From Octopus vulgaris (lineage: Eukaryota): 64,000 nucleotides of DNA. The notes beneath the pieces were generated by a model. The model made no database searches. It saw nothing but the letters and a program-made list of their open reading frames with translations, and had not been told where the DNA came from. Within the stretch, counting starts at the first letter, position 1. Each line of letters opens with the position of its first letter. This document shows positions 53,043 through 64,000 of the stretch, in pieces. The stretch is from the NCBI GenBank assembly GCA_951406725.2, contig OX597815.1:155558001-155622000 (forward strand), given 5' to 3'. Position numbers and translations under genes: made by a program.

Positions 53043-53715
53043 ATATTTACATACATGTGTCTGTCCTCTACCGCTGCCTGACAATTGGCATTGGTGTGTT
53101 TACTCCCCCATGACTTTTTCTCTCTCTCACTAGGTGACCATGTACTTCCTCTATAGCAAGATACCTATTTCTGCCTCCCTATTTTTTTTTCACACACTAA
53201 CCTTTCATCACCTGATACTGGATCACCCCCTCCAATGCCACCTCCATTATAGCAAGACACCTGTTTCTGCCACTCTGTCTCTTTGTCACCCTCTACCCTT
53301 TCATTCCCTGCCAGGAGTTCCCCTCCTCAAATACCCCTGCCCCTCTCATTATTCCTTGTCTTGCGAGTTACTTAGTGACCCTGCCAGTGCTGGTGCCATG
53401 TATAAGGCATCCAGTCCACACTGTAAAGTGGTTGACATTTGGAACGGCATCCAGCTGTAAAAATCATGCCATTACTAACCTCACTTGTGCTAATGCCACA
53501 TAAAAAGCACCAGGTCCACTCTGCAGAGTGGTTGGTGTTAGGAAGGGCATCCAGCTGTAATAACCCTGCCAAAAGAGATACAATAGCATAGGCTAGTTTT
53601 TCTACTTGGATCGCTCTTGTGAACCATCATATCCATGCATGGAAGATGGACATTAAACGATGACGATGATATATATGTATACATACATGCATACATACAT
53701 ACATATATACATACA

Positions 53716-53747
<32 letters not shown>

Positions 53748-54207
53748 AATAATTGTCGTACCTTCCCTGTAAAGGTAGCAACTCTCCCCTTTCATAATAC
53801 CCTTAAAGCCATAAACTTTTCAACATCCCCAGTGGAAGATTGGATGTTTACGTCCCGATTTTCTTTGTATTGGATTTAATTTAATATATATCTATATCTA
53901 TCTATATCTATATCTATCTATATCTATCTATCTATATATATATATATATATATATGCCGGTGGCATGTAAAAAGCACCAACCGATCATGGCCATTGCCAG
54001 CCTCACCTGGCACCTGTGCTGGTGGCACATAAAAAGCACCCACTACACTCACAGAGTGGTTGGCGTTAGGAAGGGCATCCAGCTGTAGAAACACTGCCAG
54101 ATCAGACTGGGCCTGGTGCAGCCTCCGGGCTTCCCAGACCCCAGTTGAACCGTCCAACCCATGCTAGCGAGGATGATAACGATGAGGATGATGATGATAT
54201 ATATATA

Positions 54208-54500
54208 TGATGATGGCCGTCCACTCGTGACCAAGGAAGACCATTGCCGACCTTCAGGAACATTGTGCGCTCTAGGACTAACTTATATTTTGCATTTGTG
54301 GCTCCGTTGGTGGCTAATGAGCCCTGCTCTTGACAAGCATACACGACTGCAAACATTGCAGACCAAGCTTTCCCCATTCACTATATGAGCCGTGCGCTTT
54401 CGCGCAGCTTGCTTATGTTCTTCATGCTGGATACGTGCTCTCTCAAAAGTGTCAATCCCCTCCTTAACTTGTGAATGGAAGGAGACTCCGGCAGAAACCA
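54208..54500 (-). mobile_element. LINE 3' fragment (RTE/BovB-like) with one C2H2-like finger
   Basis: EGIDTFERARIQHEEHKQAARK...CNVCSRVCLSRAGLISHQRSH, typical RTE ORF2 C-terminus. Confidence 0.7.
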
Positions 54501-54604
54501 AGGCTGTGATTTAAGGACTGTGTCAAGTCCTCGTTAAAGGCCTTTGATATGCAGGACACTGACTGGGAGAACAATGCCTGTCATCGCCACAGATGGAGGA
54601 AGCA

Positions 54605-54657
<53 letters not shown>

Positions 54658-57600
54658 CACACACACAGTGTGTGTGTGTGTGTGAGTACTGTCTAGTACA
54701 GGATTTGATTTCTCTTCATCTTTGAACCAAAACAAAGTAATAAATATTAAAGATTATTTTCAATGAATTTAGTAGACATGTGCCAATCAGATATAATTAG
54801 CAGAGGTCTCAAATAGATTTATATCTAGATAATTTCATTGGCACAGGAATTCACTAGATCTATGCATTTCTAATATGATTGGTAGTAAAATTTAATAAGT
54901 TTATGTACATTCGCAGTGCATGCTAATGTCGTCCTGGAGCTGCCAAAAATGATTAAATTGACTCCAAAACATTGGATGTGGAAAATGACTGTGTATTGAG
55001 CACCAAAAGCATTGGCTAGTGTTTGTATGGCAAGTAACTGGCTTACCAACCACATGGTTCTGGGTTCAGTCCCATTGCATGGCACCTTGGGCAAGTGTCA
55101 TCTGCTATTGCCTCGGGCCGACCAAAGCCTTGTGAGTGGATTTGGTAAACAGAAACTGAAAGAAGCCCGTCGTATATATGTATATGTATATGATTGTGTG
55201 TGCGTGTGTGTGTGTGTGTGTGTGTATTTGTGTGTCTGTGTTTGTCCCCCCAAAATCACTTAACAACCGATGCTGGTGTGTTTATGTCCCCACAACTTAG
55301 TGGTTCGGCAAAAGAGACCGATAGAGTAAGTACTAGGCTTACAAAAAATATGTCCTGGGGTTGATTTGCTCGACTGAAGGCAGTGCTCCAGCATGGCTGC
55401 AGTCAAATGACTGAAACAAGTAAAAGAGTAAAAGAGTATATGTTCTGACAATAAATGTTAATGCTATGCTATAATACAAGAATATTAGGTATATGATTAT
55501 GAGGATATTATGTATAATGAAACGAGGCTATAAGTTTTAAAGGAATAGTAATGAGGGTCGAGGAAGATTAGAATAACTGGGGTAAGTGGTGTTTTGATCG
55601 AATGAAGATATTGGAACTCACAGATGAAATGACACAGAATAGTAACATATTTGGAAAGGTGTTGGAGAAACTGAAACTCATCCTATGTTTGCCAACATGA
55701 GATGAAAATTACATTAAAATGATAAAAACGATAATGGTGGCAATGTAGGTAGTCATATTTGTTTTGATATGAACGGTTCAGTGTCCTAACAGTACTCTGT
55801 CATAAAGACTTGATTCTTCAATTAAACATTGATAATTGCTTTACAATGATTATATCATGATAAATCAAAAGAACACTTGAAAACTAACAGTAGCAGTAAT
55901 AATCATTCTGGGAATTGTGATTCAGTTCTAATTGTGTTTTTCTGATTTTCAAGCAATTTCTCTTGTATTCAGTGGATGGGTGAACTAAATTGTGTCGTAT
56001 GTCAATAGATTTACTTTGAGCATTGAAATGCTTTCACATTTCACACCTAGATCTTGATGGTGCCATTATTGACAGTTAATATAATAGGAATGTTATCAGT
56101 GAAAATACGTTTCAAAATATTAGATAAACTGCGTTGCTTTGTTTATTAGATATTGTCGGCTTTCCTCAAAAGTAATACAATATAAGATAAGTAAAAAAAA
56201 TCTTCATTTTGATACATATATTTTTTTAATGTTTTATATTGTGTGAATTTTTCTTCTCCCCCGAGGAACAGTTCAATATTTATGACGTATGGTGGCTGTG
56301 ATGTTAAGGTTTTGGATTTCTGAATGTATTGTCAATACATTCAATTTTTCTATAACCAGTATGCAGTGACTCTAGGGAAGATACATAATAAGTCTATTTA
56401 CCTCACACTAGCTTACTGCCAATGGTCACCCCTCCTCTTATTTTATAGCAAACTGATTAGTGGTAAAGAGAAGCATCTAGCTATGAAAGAATATTTACTC
56501 TAAAGGAAAATATGCAAATGTCAAAATTTGCATAATGTATATTATTTCTTCTTACGCAGGAAATAGATATAAATGGTTAACAGATAAAATAACTCAATGA
56601 TATCAAGTTCAGCAGATAATATATAATATAACCAGCTTATGCATTATGATTTTCATGTCTATTACAGATGTTGTTATATGTCTAAAGGTATAAACACATT
56701 ACTTGATCTGCCTTTCAAAAGAGCTGGGGTATGTTTATAATTGTTCTCTCTACTTAGAACCATACTTTCTCATTTGGTCATTTAGCAAGGTTGTTGCTAT
56801 TAGATATGTTGGTACATACTCTCTCAAAGTTAAACACCTCAGTTTTGTATTATTAAATCACTATCCTGTGTTATAGGCACTTGCTAGAATCCAGGATTAA
56901 TTAGAGTAATTCCTAAAAGAAATTACACTGCATAGCAACAGTGAAAGTAATTGTTTGCTTGGTATCCTCAGCATCTTTTTATTAGCTACTTCAGGAACTG
57001 TAACTCACAGGAGTTAAGGCAACTGCAGAAACTATAACTGACTTGAGATGTTGTTGCTGGTAAGAAATCCTAGCAGCTTCTTGAGAATCATCATCATCAT
57101 CATCATTTAACATCTGCTTTCCATGCTAGCATGAGTTGGACGATTTGACTGAGGACTGGCGAGCCAGATGGCTGCACCAGGTTCCAATCTTGATCTGGCA
57201 GAGTTTCCACAGCTGGATGCCCTTCCTAATGCCAACCACTCCGAGAGGGTAGTGGGTGCTTTTATGTGCCACAGCATGGGGGCCAGTCAGGCGGTACTGG
57301 CAACGACCTCACTTGAATGTTTTTTCACGTGTCACCGGCACAAGTGCCAGTAAGGCGACGCTGGTAATGATTACACTCGAATGGTGCCTTTTATGTGCCA
57401 CCGGCATGGAAGCCTGCTCTGGCAACGATCACACTTGGATAGTGCACTTAGCTCCCCACTAGCACGGATACCAGTCATCGAATTTGATTTCGATCTTGAT
57501 TTTGTCTCTGGTAATTTGTAAAAGCTTGTGATATTTAAAACTTTTGCAAAGCAGCCATCATGGTTATGTATATACATACCTGGAAAAGGATGTCTGAAGT

Positions 57601-57693
57601 GTGGTGGTTGAATAACTATCAAAGCTGACATGGCTGCTAGTGATAAATAGTCAGTAGCGGAGGCAAAGAGAGAGAAAGAGAGAAAGAGAGAGA

Positions 57694-57746
<53 letters not shown>

Positions 57747-58131
57747 TGTACATGGACAATTACATGGTCTTCATAGCACCATTTTTAACCCAACAAAAGC
57801 CTAATCATTATATGTAACTATCATCATCATTTAATGTCTGCTGGCATGGGTTGGATGGTTTGACAGGAACTGGCAAGGAACTGTACCAGGTTCCGTAGTC
57901 TATTTTGGCATGGTTTCAACAGCTGGATGCCCTTCCTAATGCCAACTCTTTTACAGAGTGGATTTTACATGGCTCCAGCACCAGTGCTTTTTATGCAGCA
58001 CCAGTACTGGAAGGGTCATCAAGTACCTTGCAAGACAAAAATCCTTCAACTGGGAGGAGGAGAAGTAGTATTGAGGGGGTGTAGCTTTATGCCATTTAAG
58101 AGATTTAACGTACAGATGGTCTTGTTGTTGT

Positions 58132-58573
58132 CAGGGCCAGATTAAGGCCCATTGAGGCCCTAAACATTTAAAAGGTTTTGGTGCTCTCAAGTATATGTAA
58201 ATGGTTCAAAATGTAAACAAAAATAATTCAAAATGTAAACAATAATAAACCATAAAATAAATCCTTATTTTTTCAAACTGAATCAAAACTAACAGTAAGA
58301 TGGAAAATAATGTTTATTTTTGTATACTTCTACTTTATTTATATTTGAAAAGTTTTTTTTTCTTAATTGCAAAGTCTCCAATGATATCGTTAAAATTAAT
58401 TTTAAGTAAAACTTCTGCTCCTATACTTAGTCGAGATAAGGCATTACAAGCATTACTTTAGCAAGTTAAAAGTGATTTCTTTCATGCTGTAAACCATTTT
58501 CATTTCTGTGGTGCTCCTGTCCCTTTATGCCCTAAGCATGTGCATATTTTGCTTAATGGTTAATCCAGCACTG
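58132..58573. mobile_element. hAT-like MITE
   Basis: CAGGGCCAGATTAA ... TTAATCCAGCACTG termini; 8-bp flanks gttgttgt / cttgttgt (7 of 8 match). Confidence 0.7.
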
Positions 58574-59928
58574 CTTGTTGTAGAGTAGATAGAGGGATAA
58601 CCCAGTTGGAAAACAAAGGAGAGTGAGTTGGAGAGTAAGATAGAATGATAGTGAGAGATGATGGCAGAGATGTGTTGGCACATGCCCTCATAGGATATTA
58701 GGGGTGGTGAGAATAGGTGAGGTGATATAAAGGCTTGGGTTGGGTGAGTGGACAGGATGAGGTAACTGTAGAAAATGATGGAGAGAAATATAGGAGAGGC
58801 TTGGGGACGGGAGATATGGGAGGACATTGAGGATGGAGGGTATTGAAAGTGATTGCAAGTAAGTGAGGTATTGATGATAGAGAGGAGAGCAGGAAGGGGA
58901 GAGAAGGTGGAGAAAGGAGGTGACTGGTGGAGACAGTAGGTGAGAGAAGATAACTGGCGGTAGGGAGTAAAGGTAAAGGTGCCTGCACTACTCTCAAGTG
59001 ATAGAGGAACTGATGAATAATAGGGGATGAAATATGGGTGGGGGGAAGGTTGATGGGGTGGAATCCTTCATGGACAAGCATTACCAGGGTGCTTCTAGGA
59101 TATCAGCTATGCTATGGTGGATGGGCAAAGCACTAGATATCTCAGTCTTTCACCATCTCCTTCATAAGGCTCAATGTTTTGAGATCAGCCTTCAATACTT
59201 CAACTCATATCTTTCTGGGTCTCCCTCTTTCACATCTTCCATCTATTTTAAGTGATCAGCACTTCTTTATGCAACTGTACTCATCGATATGCATCATATT
59301 ACCAAACCAGTGCAGTTTTTCTCTCTAGCACACTGCATCTAATTCCTCAATTTTTCTTAAGTCATAAGCTCTCAGAGTGCTGAGTAAAAGTAAGATATTT
59401 TGACATTTATGCATTTCACTGTGTCATTAGTGTTATAAATGAAATGAAATAACCTTGAAATAGAAGTGATCTGTTCCTTGCTGCTTAGTCAACAATACTT
59501 GACATGTGCTCATGCACACACCTATACAAAGATACATGCACATATATATTATAATAATCATTCTTATCATCACAAACATCATCAATATCACCAGCAGCAG
59601 CAGCAGCATCATTGCTTCAACTCATCATGTCAAGAGTTATATAGGTGTACATCCCTTCCTCCCTTCTTAATTCTGTGTTAACTGCTTGTGAGATCATATA
59701 CTCCCAGGTCTGGCATCATAGCCTCTTCAGCCTTAGTTGCAAATAAATACCTTATTTCTCAGCTGTACAAATGTGGTAGGGGAATCGTAATACAAGAAAT
59801 ATTATTTATTTGTTTAATTATATCTAGCTAAAGATTCCTTGTCACTACACCAAGATATCCTTACTTTGACATATGGCACATAATATCGTTAATGTAATGG
59901 AAAAAAACTTCAGCTTCAAAGGAAAATA

Positions 59929-59971
<43 letters not shown>

Positions 59972-60679
59972 ACAAGTACACTCACACATGTCTACATACG
60001 GACGTGCACATACACGCATGCACACATACATGTGCACACAAACATATACATATATACACACACACACACATATATATATATACATATGTATATGTACATA
60101 TACATACGCGTATGTAGAAACACATGTTGGAATCTTACATATATACCATTCTGCCTAAAAAAGGGATCTACAGCTTCAATATCCCTACATATCTAACATC
60201 TATTTTCTTTCCTCCACCTCACTCTCTATTTTGTATCCTACCTAAATTAACTATTACTTAACCATCCTCTCACACCATCTCCGATGAAGGGATATAATTA
60301 ATAAATACCCAGGAAACTGCTATAAAACCTTATATATATAAATGTTCTAATATCTATACAGCCTTAGTTTTTTTTAGCTCATTACACAAAAAATTCTTAT
60401 ATACTTATATACATATATATAGAGCACATCAGAGGTCATTTGTATTAATTCAGAAAACAATGCCTAGCTGATTAAAGAAAAGCTGTATTAGGAAACAAAT
60501 TGGTACAGATGACCTTGTGAATCCTTTTATCACACCTATTAAATGAGTCCATCATTAGCATCAATGACTGCTTCAGTACAGAATTGGAAATGTTGACATG
60601 TTCAGTTTGAATGATCCTTTATCAATTTTGGACTTATCACTGGTTATGGTGGACTTGAGAGATTGTGTAGTGTTATGGG

Positions 60680-61295
60680 ATGTTAATTGACTCTCTCTCA
60701 ACTATACTTCATATTTATTGGTCCAGTGGATTGAGGTCTGGTAAGTTAAGAGGCTATGTGTCTGTGGGAACATGATCATGGAGATTGGCATGTATCCATA
60801 CTTGGGTTGTCCTAGCTTTATGAGATGGCACTGAGTCTTGTTGAATGATGCACAGTCTTCTATTGCATACTCCGTCTATCCAGGGCTTCACAAGTTTCTC
60901 CAAAACTTCTGTGTAGACAACAACCCTGACTCTTAAACCCTGTGAAAGAAAAGTGAGGAGGCATGATATCTCCCTTGTTGCTGAAACTCTCAGAACCATC
61001 ACCATTACTGGGACTTTGTATGCATAGCTGTTGGAACCCCATTTGGGTCTCTGCATAACCATCTCTCATTCCTCAGATTATCTTTTGTTCCTAATCAAAG
61101 ATTTTATTATCAGAGGAAGACCAAAACATTCCAGCTTCTTGGTGTTTTAACTTATTTGGCAAGCACTATGCATGGATTGAATGATTCTCTTTTGTAATGT
61201 CCAACATAAACTGACCCCTCCACAACACATATGACTTGTACTAGATATCCTCAAGTACAGCTCTTTTGATGGTGCATTCTGAAACTTTGAGGTCC
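60680..61295 (-). mobile_element. Degenerate maT/DD37D-type transposase fragment
   Basis: QQDSVPSH...*PLNLPDLNPLD with 37 residues between the last two Asp; boundaries approximate. Confidence 0.75.
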
Positions 61296-61299
61296 TTCT

Positions 61300-62075
61300 C
61301 TTCTAGTTCTGTTACATATTTTGCTATGAATACAAGATCATCAACATATAGTAGTCCTTATGGACATCTGGTCTTAAATATCTCTGTTATGGTCTAGACT
61401 CTAGAGGATGATAATAAATAGAAGGGATCTGAGAACTAGACCTTGTTGAACACTAAAGTCATCACTGAACTCATGGCTTACTCCTGCCTTACAAATGGCA
61501 CCACTGTACTTTCTGTACTTTCACAAGACATTCATCTCTTTCTAGCTTCCTCAGAGATCACCATATCTCAGAGTGAGGCCGTCTGTCGAAAGATTTCTCT
61601 AGATTAATAAATGCCAAATACAATGGCTTATTCTTAAGTAAATACTTCTCTTGTAGTTGCTTGACTATGAAAAGAGCATTGACAATGCTTCTCTCAGGCA
61701 CAAAGCCAAACAAAAGTTTGGCTTTGTGCCTTATAGAAGCACTATTGACACTATTTTCATAATTAGGGTACTGTATCTAACCTAATGCTGTTCCTAATTA
61801 ATTGGGCTATAACTCTCTCCATAACTTATATCACCTGGTCCAGCAATTTGATGCTGCTATAATTACATCAATCTAAGGCATTTTCCCTTATCATTGTAGC
61901 AGCTGAGTATAATGCTGCTACACCAGTCATTAGGGATTACATCTCCCTGAATAACCTGATTAGCTCTATTGGTAACTAGACAGTATCTGACTCTACCAGA
62001 TATTTTAAGCATCCTAGTGATAACTCTTGACGAACAAGGGCTTTCCCTGTCTTATTATTTTTAATTGACTTATTT
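61300..62075 (-). mobile_element. Degenerate LINE reverse-transcriptase fragment (RTE-like)
   Basis: Minus-strand remnants resembling IKLLDQVI..VMERV, FGFVP.RS..NALFIVKQLQEKYL, L.L.FINLEKSFDR and LLYVDDLV; boundaries approximate. Confidence 0.65.
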
Positions 62076-62084
62076 ATCATGGAT

Positions 62085-62466
62085 GGAGGCACTCTGTCGG
62101 TTACGACGATAAGGGTTCTGGTTGATCCGATCAGCGGAACAGCCAGCTCGTGAAATTAACGTGTAAGTGGCTGAGCACTCCACAGACACGTGTACTCTTA
62201 ACGTAGTTCTTGGGGATATTCAGCATGACACAGAGAGTGACAAGGCTGGCCCTTTGAAATACAGGTACAACAGAAACAGGAAGTAAGAGTGAGAGAAAGT
62301 TGTGGTGAAAGAGTACAGCAGGGATCACCACCATCCCTGCCAGAGCCTTGTGGAGCTTTAGGTGTTTTTGCTCAATAAACACTCACAACACCCGGTCTGG
62401 GAATCGAAACCGCGATCCTACGACTGCGAGTCCGCTGCCCTTTGCACTGGGCCATTGCACTTCCAC
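62085..62466 (-). mobile_element. tRNA-derived SINE family C; internally deleted copy at 15787-16065, related heads at 11617 and 43222
   Basis: Head with A box TGGCCCAGTG and B box GTTTCGATTCC; body near-identical to 15810-16060. Confidence 0.8.
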
Positions 62467-62656
62467 TTATCTATCATACTGCTGTCAACTAGGATAGCTG
62501 GTCACTCTGTTAAGCTCATATAAAAGAAACTGCCTTTCTCCCATTCATTCTTCACATTTAATAGACTGTATTAGTAGCCCTTCCATAACACTTTCTTTTC
62601 AGAATCCCTAAATGTAAGCATGTTTGTGTACGTCTATCTATCTGCTTGTCTATGTA

Positions 62657-62713
<57 letters not shown>

Positions 62714-63842
62714 CAAAACAAGAAATTGGAAAAAGTTTTTGGTATTATCTATTCACTATTATATTTGTTCCATTTGCTAGTAGAAATTATTTCTCTCCTT
62801 TCTGTACAACTAAGTCTGCTCTTTATTCTATCTCCCAACTATCTACATGACCATTTCATTTAGATTTGAATTTTGGATTATTTGAAAGGTGGCAGAAACG
62901 TTAGCACACTGGGCGAAATGCTTAGCGGTATTTCGTCTGCCGTTACGTTCTTAGTTCAAATTCCGCTGAGGTCAACTTTGCCTTTCATCCATTCAAGGTT
63001 GATAAATTAAGTACCAGTTATGCACTGGGGTTGATATAATTGACTTAATCCATTTGTCTGCCCTTGTTTGTCTCCTCTGTGTTTAGCCCCTTGTGGGTAG
63101 TAAAGAAATAGGATTATTTGAATGTTTCTGCCAGAAAAATTTCTAACAGGAAATTTCTTACATATTTAACCTACATGTACAATTTTGCAATTCCTGTTAG
63201 TAAAAGGAAACATGTGTAACGATAAATCAATAATTCTTCCAGCCCCCTGTTTTGATATGTAATTACTCCATGAACAATATTTCCGGAATTTACCACTCTA
63301 ATATGTACTGCACATATATATAAGTACATATAGAATTGAAAGACTGGAATAAGCAGAGGTGCTTCAAGAGTATTCATCATCATCATCATCATCATTATCG
63401 TTTAACGTCTGCTTTCCATGCTAGCATGGGTTGGACAATCTTCACTGAGGGCTGGTGAACTAGATGGCTGCACCAGGCTCCAATCTTGATCTGGAAGAGT
63501 TTCTACAGCTGGATACCTTTCCTAACACCAACCACTCTGAGAATGTAGTGGGTGCTTTTTATGTGCCACTGGCATGGGGGCCAGTCAGGCGGTACTGGCA
63601 ACGACCTCGCTCGAATCCTTTTACACATGCCACCAGCACAGGTGCCAGTAAGGCGACTTTGTGAACGATCACGCTTGAATGGTGCCCTTTTACGTGTCAC
63701 TGGCACGGAAGCCAGTTGGCTGCTCTGGCAACGATCATGCTCAGATGGTGCTCTTGGCACCCTACTAGCACGGGCACAAGTGCCAGTAAGGCATCTTGGA
63801 TTTTAACCATACCTATATAATACGTATATATGTAATTACAAA

Positions 63843-63876
<34 letters not shown>

Positions 63877-64000
63877 TGTGTGTGTGTGTGTGCATGTGTG
63901 TGTGTGTGTTTGTATCTATTGTATATAAGTATGGACAGGAAGGGGTAAACATTGATGAATGTTTGATGGTGATGGTTGGAAAACCTCTCGACTTGTCTCC

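Overview
AT-rich, microsatellite- and transposon-dense animal genomic DNA. The SINE/LINE repertoire and simple-repeat load look like an octopus (coleoid cephalopod); this is recognition, not a search result. The window lies inside one minus-strand gene for phospholipase C epsilon (PLCE1-like). I can join ten exons in continuous phase from 52344 down to 7084, covering the X-Y linker, catalytic Y domain, C2 domain and the start of the first RA domain; the gene runs off both edges. One intron (25435-29791) is a minor-spliceosome U12 AT-AC intron and contains a decayed copy of its upstream exon. The introns hold RTE and CR1-type LINE ends, three SINE families, Helitrons, three Tc1/mariner relics and several MITEs. 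Eight long fold-back palindromes, mostly in or beside (TA)n/(ATT)n tracts, also occur. Four of them, plus one non-palindromic site, carry hammerhead-ribozyme-like cores suggestive of non-autonomous Penelope-like elements. One has a tRNA-like head, and another has a 26-nt piece of a neighbouring transposon in its loop. Most ORFs in the supplied track are microsatellite or repeat artefacts.
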